Positions 9,037 to 17,149 of a DNA stretch of 64,000 nt are shown here, piece by piece. The stretch is from an uncultured Chloroflexia bacterium (GTDB lineage: Bacteria; Chloroflexota; Dormibacteria; Aeolococcales; Aeolococcaceae): contig CAWJCO010000003.1 of NCBI GenBank assembly GCA_963841385.1, positions 264,712 through 328,711 of the forward strand, written 5' to 3'. Every line of letters begins with the position of its first letter. Positions within the stretch are counted from its first letter, which is position 1. The notes under the pieces were generated by a model. The model had not been told where the DNA came from. It saw only the letters and a program-made list of their open reading frames with translations, and did not search any database. A program made the translations under genes and the position numbers.

Positions 9037-9704
9037 GACCGCTGGGGTCGGGGTGCGGCGGGGCTCTCCGCCTGTTCGCGCCACGGCTGCCGGCAGAGCG
9101 CGAGCCCGCAGACCTCACGCGCTCCGCCCTGGAGGCGCAGCGCGCGGGCCACCTCGTCGAGGGTGCGGCCGTCGGTGAAGACGTCGTCCACCACCAGCAG
9201 GCGCTTGCCGGCGGTCCGCCGCGGGTCGGGGACGCGAAGGGCGGGACGGAGCCGTTGGGTGGCGAGGCGCCGCCGCTCGGCATGGCCGCGCCCGGCGAGG
9301 CGCGGCGTCGGCCCGGTCTTGACGATGGCGGGGACGCCCCCGAGGTCGAAAGGTGGCCCGTCCCCGGGCGCCGTCCGGAGGGCCGCCTCGGTGAGCATCA
9401 ACCGCACGTGGTCGAAGTCGCGGCCTCCCGGCCCGACGAAGGTGGGGCTGGCGACCACCAGGTCGAAGCCGCCGAGCAGCCGCCGCCGCTGGGCCAGGTA
9501 CCCGGCCAGCATGGTGCCGAAGACGCGGGCCCGGCTCCGATCTCCCTCGTACTTGTAGGCGTCGAGGGCGCGCTCCAGGAGGCCGCTCCGCTCGGCGACG
9601 GCGACGTTCCAGCGGAACCAGCGCGAGGCGCTGGCGCAGAGCGGGTTGCGGCAGCCGGTCGCCTCCGCCGCGAGCGGCCGCCCGCAGACGCCGCACCCGC
9701 TCAC
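9033..9704 (-). CDS. comF: ComF family protein (ComFC-like phosphoribosyltransferase-fold protein)
   Basis: N-terminal zinc-finger cysteines CGVCGRPL...CRNPLC and the PRPP-binding loop LLVVDDVFTDGRTL. The GTG start at 9704 overlaps the dprA stop (GTGA, 9701-9704). The listed 619-aa ORF is real only in its C-terminal 223 aa. Confidence 0.8.
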   Translation of the reverse strand: MSGCGVCGRPLAAEATGCRNPLCASASRWFRWNVAVAERSGLLERALDAYKYEGDRSRARVFGTMLAGYLAQRRRLLGGFDLVVASPTFVGPGGRDFDHVRLMLTEAALRTAPGDGPPFDLGGVPAIVKTGPTPRLAGRGHAERRRLATQRLRPALRVPDPRRTAGKRLLVVDDVFTDGRTLDEVARALRLQGGAREVCGLALCRQPWREQAESPAAPRPQRS

Positions 9705-10399
9705 GAACCCGCGCTCACCGCGAGCGCGAGCTGGACGGGGGCGGTGGGCGGACCTCCGGCCAGCTGCGCCAGCAGCGCCTCCAGGCCGGCATCGGGGGCG
9801 AGCCGGCGCCCTCCCGGCCGGGCGAGCAGAGCTCCCGCCCAGGGCTCCGCGGCCGCCAGGTCGGAGAGGAAGAGGTGCCTGCCGAGGTCGAGAGCGCAGC
9901 GTGCCGTGATGCGGGCCCCCGAGGTGGGCCCCGCCTCGACCACCACGGTCGCGGCGGCGAGGGCGGCGATGAGGGCGTTGCGCCGGCGGAGTGCCGCCGG
10001 CGACACCGGGGCCTCGGGGGGGAGCTGCGACACGACGGCGCCGTGAGCCGCGATCCGGTCGGCGAGCCCGGCGTTCTCGGGCGGGTAGATCTGCCCGATG
10101 CCGCAGCCGAGGACCGCGATGCTGCGCCCTCCGGCGTCGAGGCACGCCTCGTGGGCGGCGGTGTCGATGCCGCGGGCCAGCCCGGACACCACCGTCACCC
10201 CGGCACCGGCAAGCTCCCGGGCCAGGCTCCGGGCACGGGCGAACCCCGCCGGGCTCGGGGACCGCGTTCCCACCACGGCGACGCAGCGCTCGTCGTCCGG
10301 ACCGGCGGTCCCGCGCCACCAGAGCCGGGGCGCATGGCCCGCCAGGCGCAGCCCGGCCGGGTAGCTGGCGTCGAGCGGGCCCACCTGAAGCAAACGCAT
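9701..10399 (-). CDS. dprA: DNA-processing protein DprA/Smf, minimal Rossmann-fold-only form (about 232 aa)
   Basis: VAVVGTRSPS...VVSGLARGIDTAAHEACL...AVLGCGIGQIYPPEN...VVSQLPP...RNALIAALA is the canonical DprA core. Start taken at ATG 10399 (MRLLQVGPL). Confidence 0.85.
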   Translation of the reverse strand: MRLLQVGPLDASYPAGLRLAGHAPRLWWRGTAGPDDERCVAVVGTRSPSPAGFARARSLARELAGAGVTVVSGLARGIDTAAHEACLDAGGRSIAVLGCGIGQIYPPENAGLADRIAAHGAVVSQLPPEAPVSPAALRRRNALIAALAAATVVVEAGPTSGARITARCALDLGRHLFLSDLAAAEPWAGALLARPGGRRLAPDAGLEALLAQLAGGPPTAPVQLALAVSAGS

Positions 10400-10448
10400 G
10401 TTCGCAAGTGTAACCGGGGGCAGGGCGCCGCTGCCGTAGACTCGGCGC

Positions 10449-10805
10449 ATGGCGGTTCGCTGGCAGAGTGTGGTGGTCGATTGCCACGACCCGGAGCGGG
10501 TCGCGCGCTTCTGGAGCGCGGTGTTCGCACAGCCACTGCGCGGCCCGGAGGACGGCGAGTGGTGGCTGGAGTTCGGCGAGGGGATGCCGGACATCCTCTT
10601 CGAGCGGGTTCCCGACACCAAGGTGGGGAAGAACCGGCTCCACTTCGACCTCCGTCCCGATGATCAGGCCGCCGAGGTGGCGCGCCTGAACGGTCTGGGG
10701 GCGCGGGAGAAGGACATCGGCCAGGGCCAGGTGAGCTGGGTGGTGATGGCCGACCCGGAGGACAACGAGTTCTGCGTGCTGAGGGCGCTGCCGCCGACCC
10801 CGTGA
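10449..10805 (+). CDS. VOC/glyoxalase-like domain protein
   Basis: 118-aa ORF with VVVDCHDPERVARFW...KNRLHFDL...WVVMADPEDNEFCVL, typical of the small glyoxalase-like family. Confidence 0.7.
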   Translation: MAVRWQSVVVDCHDPERVARFWSAVFAQPLRGPEDGEWWLEFGEGMPDILFERVPDTKVGKNRLHFDLRPDDQAAEVARLNGLGAREKDIGQGQVSWVVMADPEDNEFCVLRALPPTP

Positions 10806-10875
10806 GTGACCAACGGCCACCGCTCCCCTATGCTGAGCGACGCTCACGCTGGGTCCGGTTCGAGGGAGGATCGCG

Positions 10876-11382
10876 ATGCCCGTCACGCGCATGAATCACG
10901 CCGTGCTGTACGTGCGGGACGCCGCGCGCACCGCGGCCTTCTACCGCGACGTGCTGGACTTCCGGGTGGTCTTCGAGATGGCCGGGGGGCGGGCGATGTT
11001 CCTCCAGGCCCCGGCCAGCACCAATGACCACGACCTCGGGCTCTTCACGGTCGGCGAGGGGGCGGCCGGCTCGGACGCCGGCCGGACCACGGTCGGTCTG
11101 TACCACATCGCCTGGGAGGTCGACACCCTGGACGAGCTGGAGCGCGTCCAGACCCGTCTCGTCGAGCGCGGGGCGCTGGTGGGCGCGACCGACCATGGCA
11201 CCACCAAGGCCCTCTACGCTCACGATCCGGACGGTCTGGAGTTCGAGGTCTCCTGGCTGGTCCCCGCGGATCGGATCACCGCCGGCATGCAGGCCCGGAT
11301 GGCACCTCTCGACATCGCCGCGGAGAAGGAGCGGTTCGGTGGCGCCACCCGCGGCGGGGTCGGCGTCTCGTCGCCGGCCTGA
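10876..11382 (+). CDS. VOC family protein (glyoxalase/bleomycin resistance/extradiol dioxygenase fold)
   Basis: MNHAVLYVRDAARTAAFYRDVLDF...LYHIAWEV...LYAHDPDGLEFEV, the paired beta-alpha-beta-beta-beta VOC signature. Confidence 0.75.
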   Translation: MPVTRMNHAVLYVRDAARTAAFYRDVLDFRVVFEMAGGRAMFLQAPASTNDHDLGLFTVGEGAAGSDAGRTTVGLYHIAWEVDTLDELERVQTRLVERGALVGATDHGTTKALYAHDPDGLEFEVSWLVPADRITAGMQARMAPLDIAAEKERFGGATRGGVGVSSPA

Positions 11383-11420
11383 GCCGTGAGCGCCGGCCCG
11401 AGGTCAGGGGGGATAGCCGG

Positions 11421-11846
11421 ATGAGCCCGGAGGCGGAGAGCCGTCATCCCGAGGTGCTCTTCGTCTGCATCCACAACGCCGGTCGCTCCCAGATGGCCGC
11501 CGCCCTGCTCGACGAGCACGCTCAGGGGCGGGTGCGGGTCCGCTCGGCGGGCTCGCAGCCCGCCGACCAGCTCAATCCCGCCGTGGTCGAGGCGATGGCC
11601 GAGATCGGGCTCGACATCTCGCGGCAATTCCCCAAGCCCCTGACGGACGGCGCGGTGCAGGGTGCGGACGTGGTCATCACCATGGGCTGCGGCGACGCCT
11701 GTCCCTTCTTCCCGGGGAAGCGATACCTCGACTGGGAGCTGGAGGATCCGGCGGGGAAGCCGCTCCCGGTGGTCCGGCGCATCCGCGACGAGATCGACGG
11801 GCGGGTGCGGGCACTGCTCGCCGAGCTGCTGGGGGGAGGCTCCTAG
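11421..11846 (+). CDS. arsC: Arsenate reductase, LMW protein-tyrosine-phosphatase family (thioredoxin-coupled type)
   Basis: P-loop VLFVCIHNAGRSQMA (C-x5-R-S) plus downstream cysteines in MGCGDACP. Confidence 0.8.
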   Translation: MSPEAESRHPEVLFVCIHNAGRSQMAAALLDEHAQGRVRVRSAGSQPADQLNPAVVEAMAEIGLDISRQFPKPLTDGAVQGADVVITMGCGDACPFFPGKRYLDWELEDPAGKPLPVVRRIRDEIDGRVRALLAELLGGGS

Positions 11847-11922
11847 CCACACCTCCTCCCGGCCCCCGGTGGCATGGCCGGCGAAACGGAGAGCCACCCC
11901 CGCGGCGCCCGGTGGCCGGACC

Positions 11923-12459
11923 TCAGCCGGCGGTCATCGAGAGCAGCTTGGTGACGGTCGTCCAGTTGCGGGTGGTGCCGGTGAGCTTCAGCGCTCGTCC
12001 CGCCAGCAGGGTCGCCAGCCGGGATCCGGCGATGCCCTGCGGGTGCCAGGCGTAGATCTCGCGACCGGCCACGGCGAATCGCTCGCCCGCGCCGGCCGCG
12101 CTGCTCAGCCGAGGGATGATCTCCGGGTCGGGTGGGGATTCCAGGAAGGTCACCTGGTAGCGGCGGGGATCGTCGGCCGCGCCGGGGAAAGGGTCGGCCC
12201 GCACCACAGCATCCAGCTCCGCATGGGTGCGCACCAGGGACCGGATGTCCAGACCGAAGCGCGCTGCGATGAGCGCCTCGCAGCGTCGCGCCACGGCCTC
12301 GGGCGTCCCGGCCGCCGAGACCGCGAGGTTTCCACTCTGGAGGTACGTCTCGACACCACCGAAACCCGCGCCGGTGAGCAGCGCGCGCAGCTCGCCCATG
12401 GGGACCAGGTTGTTCCCGCCCACGTTGACCCCGCGGAGCAGGATCACGCACCGGGTCAC
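11923..12459 (-). CDS. DUF1697 domain-containing protein
   Basis: ILLRGVNVGGNNLVPMGELRALL...ETYLQSGNL is the DUF1697 N-terminal signature. GTG start at 12459 (or 12465) abuts the stop of the upstream permease. Confidence 0.75.
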   Translation of the reverse strand: MTRCVILLRGVNVGGNNLVPMGELRALLTGAGFGGVETYLQSGNLAVSAAGTPEAVARRCEALIAARFGLDIRSLVRTHAELDAVVRADPFPGAADDPRRYQVTFLESPPDPEIIPRLSSAAGAGERFAVAGREIYAWHPQGIAGSRLATLLAGRALKLTGTTRNWTTVTKLLSMTAG

Positions 12460-12461
12460 GG

Positions 12462-13229
12462 TCACCCGGCGGCGCGCTGCGGCCGAGCGGAGGTGGCTCG
12501 CGCCCCGGTGAGCAGGCGTTCCCGGTCGAACATGGCCGAGACCACGCGCCACATCGCCACGTCGGCGACCAGCAGCACCGCCGCGAACGCCAGCGCGAGG
12601 CCGACGCTGGGGGTGAGGACCTGGAGATCGATGAGCACGACCACCAGCAGGGGCGGGAGGCTGGCGAGGGTCCCCAGCTGCTGGGCCACCCGGACGTCGC
12701 TCGCCCTTGACGAGATGGCGATGCCCACCCAGATCGACCATCCCGCGAGGAGTGGCGCGAAGAGGATCTCGCCGACCAGCTGCGAGCTCTGCAGGAGCGC
12801 CGTCGTCACGGCGGGGTCGGCGGCGAACAGCTTGGCGGCGATGGCGACGACGGCGAAGAGGAGGTAGGCGATGGCCACCGACGGGACGATCGCCGCGGCC
12901 GCCTTGCCGAGCAGCAGCTCCTCGCGGCGCACCGGGGTGGTGAGCAGCGGCTCCAGCGTCCCCTGCTCGCGCTCGCCCACCACCGAGTAGGCGGCGATGG
13001 CGGCCGGCACCACCACCGGGATGATCAGCAGGAGGAGAAACGTCGAGCCCGCGAGCCTCTGCACCACGGTCTCGGGGATCCCCGGGCTGAGCCGGAAGAT
13101 CTCGATCATCGGGGTGATCAGGAAGACGATGGGGAGCACCGTCATCGTCCCGATGATGAAGCGGTTCCGGCGCAGCGCCCGGAACTCCTTGCGGACCACG
13201 GCGAGGATGCGTCCGGCGTCCAATCTCAT
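12462..13229 (-). CDS. ABC-2 type transporter permease
   Basis: 255 aa with six hydrophobic helices and an N-terminal KEFRALRRNRF motif. It overlaps the upstream ATPase stop by 4 nt. Confidence 0.75.
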   Translation of the reverse strand: MRLDAGRILAVVRKEFRALRRNRFIIGTMTVLPIVFLITPMIEIFRLSPGIPETVVQRLAGSTFLLLLIIPVVVPAAIAAYSVVGEREQGTLEPLLTTPVRREELLLGKAAAAIVPSVAIAYLLFAVVAIAAKLFAADPAVTTALLQSSQLVGEILFAPLLAGWSIWVGIAISSRASDVRVAQQLGTLASLPPLLVVVLIDLQVLTPSVGLALAFAAVLLVADVAMWRVVSAMFDRERLLTGARATSARPQRAAG

Positions 13230-14584
13230 CGCGCTGCCGCCTCCGGGTCCTCGTCGATCAACTCCAGGTAGACGTCCTCCAGGGAGTGCCGGGACTCGAC
13301 GATGGAGAGCACGTCGGCTCCGGCGGCGACCAGGGCGCGGGTGACCGCCGGCGCGGCGACCCTCGGATCGGTGACGCTCAGCACGTAGCTGGAGTCGCCA
13401 TTCGCCCGCCAGCTCTCCACGCCGGTCGCGCCGTCGAAGACGCCGTCGGGCGCGGCGAGCGGGGCGGCCGTCTCCACGGCCAGGGAGCGGCTGAAGAGGT
13501 TCTCGCGGAGCTCGTCGGTGCGTCCCACCGAGCGCAGCCGGGTGTTGAGGATCGCCACCCGGTCGCAGAGGCGCTCCGCCTCCTCGAGGCGGTGGGTGGT
13601 CAGGAAGACGGTGACCCCGCGCTGGCGCAGGTCGTTGATCAGGTCGTGCACCTCGCGCGCGGCCACCGGGTCGAGACCGGAGGTCGGCTCGTCGAGGAAC
13701 ATGATCGCCGGGTCGCTGAGCAGGGCACGGGCCAGGCCGACCCGCTGACGCAAGCCCTTGGAGAGGCTGCCGCAGAGGTCCCGGCCGCGCGCGCCGAGGT
13801 TGACCGCCTCCAGCGCCGCATCGATGCGGGGACCGGCGTGGCGCAGGCCGTACAGGCCGGCGAAGAGCTCGAGGTTCTCGATCACCGTGAGGCGGAGGTA
13901 GAGGCCGGGGTTCTCGGGCATGATCGAGATGCGCTTTCGGATCTCGGTGCCGTTCTCGGGGAGCAGCGGGATGCCGGCGACCAGGGCGGTTCCCGAGGTC
14001 GGGGCGATCAGCGTGCCGAGGGTCCGGACCGTGGTCGTCTTGCCCGCTCCGTTGGGGCCGAGGAAGCCGAAGACCTCGCCCGGCGCGATCGTGAAGGAGA
14101 CGTCCTCGAAGGCGGTGCGCTCACCGAACCGCTTGGTCAGGTGGTCGACCACGAGCGCCGCACCGTCGGGGGAGGGGAGCCCGGCGCTCGGGAGCGCGGG
14201 TGGGGCCACCTGCGCCGGCGCGGTGGCGACGGAGGGAGTGAACGGCGTGGGACGCGAGGTGGCGGGCGGCAGCGGGGGCGAGGTGGCGGGCGGCGCAGGG
14301 GGCGAGGTGGAGCGCCGAGCCGGCGGATCAGGCGCCGGCGCGGGCCCGGCCCGGGGAACCCCGCCCAGCAGGGCCGCGGTGCCGAGGTAGACGGCGAGGA
14401 CGACCACGGCCGCTGCGATCCCGACGACCCTCGAGCTCCTGAGCAGGATCAGGAGCACGACGACGAGAGCGACCGCCACAGCGGTGATCAGCCAGCCCTG
14501 CCAGGTGACCGGCCGGAAGCCGAATCCCACCTGGCGTCGGGTGAACCAGCGCACCCCGCCTACCGGCTGCATCGAACCTCTCAT
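13226..14584 (-). CDS. ABC transporter ATP-binding protein with an extra N-terminal two-helix membrane segment and Pro-rich linker
   Basis: Walker A GPNGAGKTT, signature LSKGLRQR, Walker B MFLDEPTSGLD. These are preceded by WLITAVAVALVVVLLILL / VGIAAAVVVLAVYLGTAALL and a PPAPPATSPPLPPATS linker. Start chosen at ATG 14584 rather than 14761. Confidence 0.8.
   Translation of the reverse strand: MRGSMQPVGGVRWFTRRQVGFGFRPVTWQGWLITAVAVALVVVLLILLRSSRVVGIAAAVVVLAVYLGTAALLGGVPRAGPAPAPDPPARRSTSPPAPPATSPPLPPATSRPTPFTPSVATAPAQVAPPALPSAGLPSPDGAALVVDHLTKRFGERTAFEDVSFTIAPGEVFGFLGPNGAGKTTTVRTLGTLIAPTSGTALVAGIPLLPENGTEIRKRISIMPENPGLYLRLTVIENLELFAGLYGLRHAGPRIDAALEAVNLGARGRDLCGSLSKGLRQRVGLARALLSDPAIMFLDEPTSGLDPVAAREVHDLINDLRQRGVTVFLTTHRLEEAERLCDRVAILNTRLRSVGRTDELRENLFSRSLAVETAAPLAAPDGVFDGATGVESWRANGDSSYVLSVTDPRVAAPAVTRALVAAGADVLSIVESRHSLEDVYLELIDEDPEAAAR
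14253..14316. repeat. 24-bp tandem repeat (about 2.6 copies) inside the ABC ATPase linker
   Basis: GCGAGGTGGCGGGCGGC recurs at 14254 and 14278, with a partial copy at 14302 (period 24). It encodes the PPATS-type linker repeats on the minus strand. Confidence 0.7.
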
Positions 14585-14594
14585 CTCCCTTCGG

Positions 14595-15356
14595 TCAGAG
14601 TCCCAGGTGCGACTGGGCCAGGATGAAGAAGCCCGCCACCCGGGCGAAGTCGTCGAAGACGACGCGGCCGCTGACCTGAACCCGCTTGAAGCCGCGCTTG
14701 AAGCTGAGCGGCACGTCGACGACGGTGTGCTCTCCGAGCTGGGTGACCCGAGGCTCGGCACCCCCGGGGGCGGTCTCCACGATCAGCGGCAGGCGCGCCC
14801 GCACCGAGGCGAGCAGGACCACGGAGCACGCATCCAGCATCCGCTGGTCGAAGTGGGCGCGCAGCTCGTCCCAGCGCCGGTCGAGGAAGTCGTCCAGAAG
14901 CACGATCGCGAGGGCCGCGGCACCCGGGAGCGGTCGCACCGGTACCTCCTCGGGGGTCTCGGGGTCGGGATGTGGCCCGCCGAACCGCTGCAGAGCCGCC
15001 TGCCGGGTCACGTGGAGGACCTCACCGATCTCGGCCCAGGTCCGCCCGTCCGCGCGGGCCCGGACCACGAGGCCGTGGAGGATGTCGTCGACCACGACCC
15101 CGAGGCTGCGGGCGGCGGCCAGCGCGACCATCGCCGGGTCCCCGGCGACCGTCTCCTCTCCCCGGAGCACCCGCACCAGCAGCTCCGCGTTGGCCTGGGC
15201 CATCCGCGCCATCACCTGGCGGTCCACGTCGGCCGCCGTCGCGCTGGCGGGCTCCTCCGCGGGGCTCGGGTCGCTGGGCGGTGGGACCGCTTCGGCCACG
15301 CGCCGCCGGCCGGCTCTCGCAACCGCATCGACAACTGGCTGCGCCACGGTTGTCAA
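14595..15356 (-). CDS. Hypothetical protein with a putative HTH and a DUF3887-like C-terminal domain
   Basis: RTWAEIGEVLHVTRQAALQRF resembles a sigma region-4-type HTH. The C-terminus (DDFLDRRWDELRAHFD...VVFDDFARVAGFFI) resembles DUF3887. Lies upstream of the ABC pair on the same strand. Confidence 0.4.
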   Translation of the reverse strand: MTTVAQPVVDAVARAGRRRVAEAVPPPSDPSPAEEPASATAADVDRQVMARMAQANAELLVRVLRGEETVAGDPAMVALAAARSLGVVVDDILHGLVVRARADGRTWAEIGEVLHVTRQAALQRFGGPHPDPETPEEVPVRPLPGAAALAIVLLDDFLDRRWDELRAHFDQRMLDACSVVLLASVRARLPLIVETAPGGAEPRVTQLGEHTVVDVPLSFKRGFKRVQVSGRVVFDDFARVAGFFILAQSHLGL

Positions 15357-15430
15357 CGTACCTTACCCTCGGGGTCATGTCAAGGTGCCTTACCAAAGGG
15401 CGCGTGGACCAGGCGTGGCGCCACACGCCA

Positions 15431-15480
15431 TTGACGCGATTCCCGGTGGTGCGTATTATTGAACCGACAGTCGGTCGGTT
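15431..15480 (+). promoter_or_regulatory. Sigma-70-like promoter plus palindromic operator upstream of the TetR gene
   Basis: TTGACG (15431-15436), a 17-nt spacer, then TATTAT (15454-15459). Immediately downstream are AACCGAC-N5-GTCGGTT (15462-15480) and the nested perfect palindrome CCGACAGTCGG (15464-15474). The GTG start is at 15497. Confidence 0.5.
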
Positions 15481-15496
15481 ATTGAGGCGGACCCCG

Positions 15497-16219
15497 GTGG
15501 CACGTACCGTCAACGTCGAAGCCCGCGCCATCCGGCGCGAGGCCTTCGTGAAGGCCGGGCTGCGCCTCATCCAGAGCCGTGGCTACGAGCAGATGAGCGT
15601 CCAGGACGTGCTCGATGAGCTCGGGGTCTCGCGGGGCGCCTTCTACTACTACTTCAGCTCGAAGCGAGCGCTGCTCGAGGCGGTGGTCGACCACGTGGTG
15701 GTCGCGGCGCTGGCCGCGGTCGCGCCCATCGCCGCCGACCCGCAGCTCTCCGCCGTCGCCAAGCTGCAGGGGATCTTCACCGGCATCGCCGGATGGAAGG
15801 CGGAGCGCCGGGAGCTGATGCTCGCGCTGATCCGGGTCTGGTACTCGGACGACAACGTGCTGACCCGGGACAAGCTGCGCCTTAACCTGGTGGGCTCGCT
15901 GGTGCCGATGCTGGCCGAGGTCATCAGGCAGGGCACGGAGCAGGGCGTGATGTCCGCCAGCTCTCCGGAGGGCGCCGCCCGCGCTGTCGTCTCCCTCCTC
16001 CTCGGCGCCCAGGACGTGGCCATCGAGCTGTTCGTCGCGCGCCAGGAGGGCAGCGTCTCGGCCGAGACGGTCATGTCGACTTTCGCCGGGTACACGGAGG
16101 CGATGGAGAGGATCCTGGGGATCCGCCCGGGATCCCTGACCCTGCTGGACGACCACATATTGGAGCTCTGGTTCGGCGCGGGCGCCGAGACCGGCCCGCC
16201 GATCACTATCAGGAGGTAG
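15497..16219 (+). CDS. TetR/AcrR family transcriptional regulator
   Basis: N-terminal HTH RREAFVKAGLRLIQSRGYEQMSVQDVLDELGVSRGAFYYYFSSKRALL. Confidence 0.85.
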   Translation: MARTVNVEARAIRREAFVKAGLRLIQSRGYEQMSVQDVLDELGVSRGAFYYYFSSKRALLEAVVDHVVVAALAAVAPIAADPQLSAVAKLQGIFTGIAGWKAERRELMLALIRVWYSDDNVLTRDKLRLNLVGSLVPMLAEVIRQGTEQGVMSASSPEGAARAVVSLLLGAQDVAIELFVARQEGSVSAETVMSTFAGYTEAMERILGIRPGSLTLLDDHILELWFGAGAETGPPITIRR

Positions 16220-16225
16220 CTGGGC

Positions 16226-17149
16226 ATGGCTATCGCGATCCGCACCGAGGGGCTGACCAAGGACTACGGGGAGGGTCACGGCCTCTTCGACCTCGACCTG
16301 GAGGTCGCGGCGGGGGAGGTCTTCGGCTACCTCGGGCCCAACGGGGCGGGCAAGACCACCACCATCCGGCTGCTCATGGACATGGTCCGTCCCACCCGTG
16401 GCCGGGGCGAGATCTTCGGCGTCGACTGCCACCTCCATCCCGTCGAGGTGAAGCGGATGGTGGGCTACCTCTCCGGCGAGATGCCCCAGTGGGGCGGCCT
16501 GCGCGGTCGAGACGTGGTGGCCTTCGTCGGCGGGCTGCGCGGCGGGGTCGACTCCGCCCGGGTCAGCAGTCTCGCGGAACGCCTCGACCTCGACCTGGGC
16601 CGTCGCTACCGGGAGTACTCGTCGGGCAACAAACGCAAGCTGGGGCTGGTGCTCGCCTTCATGCACCCGTCGCGGCTGCTGGTGCTCGACGAGCCGACCA
16701 ACGGGCTCGACCCCCTGATCCAGCAGGAGTTCTACCGGCTGGTCGAGGCGGCGGCGGCGGGCGGGGGCACCGTCTTCCTCTCCTCGCACGTCCTCTCCGA
16801 GGTGGAGCGGGCGTGCCAGAGGGTGGGCATCCTCCGTCAGGGCCGGCTGGTCCAGGTCGCCCGGCTCGACGAGCTCCACCACCTCCGCTATCACCGCCTC
16901 GAGGCCGACTTCAGCGGGGAGGTGCCGCTGGAGGCGGTGCGCGCCCTGGCCGGCGTGGAGGACGTGGCGGTCGAGGACCACCACCTGAGCTGCGCCGTCC
17001 GGGGCGGCTTCGGGCCGCTGCTGGAGGTGCTGGGGCGCGGCCAGATCCTCAACCTGGTGACCCACGAGCCCACCCTGGAGGAGGTGTTCCTCGCCTACTT
17101 CCGCGACCAGGGCGAGCCGGCCGCGGCACCCGCGGGAAGCACCCGATGA
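16226..17149 (+). CDS. ABC transporter ATP-binding protein (ABC-2/drug-export type)
   Basis: Walker A GPNGAGKTT, signature YSSGNKRK, Walker B LVLDEPTNGLD. Confidence 0.85.
   Translation: MAIAIRTEGLTKDYGEGHGLFDLDLEVAAGEVFGYLGPNGAGKTTTIRLLMDMVRPTRGRGEIFGVDCHLHPVEVKRMVGYLSGEMPQWGGLRGRDVVAFVGGLRGGVDSARVSSLAERLDLDLGRRYREYSSGNKRKLGLVLAFMHPSRLLVLDEPTNGLDPLIQQEFYRLVEAAAAGGGTVFLSSHVLSEVERACQRVGILRQGRLVQVARLDELHHLRYHRLEADFSGEVPLEAVRALAGVEDVAVEDHHLSCAVRGGFGPLLEVLGRGQILNLVTHEPTLEEVFLAYFRDQGEPAAAPAGSTR

Noticed and set aside
9033-10892. The 619-aa ORF taken as a single large protein.
   Set aside because: Only the C-terminal 223 aa (ComF motifs) are credible. The upstream part overlaps dprA in another frame and is low-complexity. 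GTG 9704, overlapping the dprA stop, is a natural start.
13226-14761. Start of the ABC ATPase at 14761, as given in the ORF track.
   Set aside because: The first 59 residues are Ser/Ala-rich junk overlapping the end of the upstream gene region. ATG 14584 or 14572, just after the stop of the 14595..15356 gene, is more plausible.
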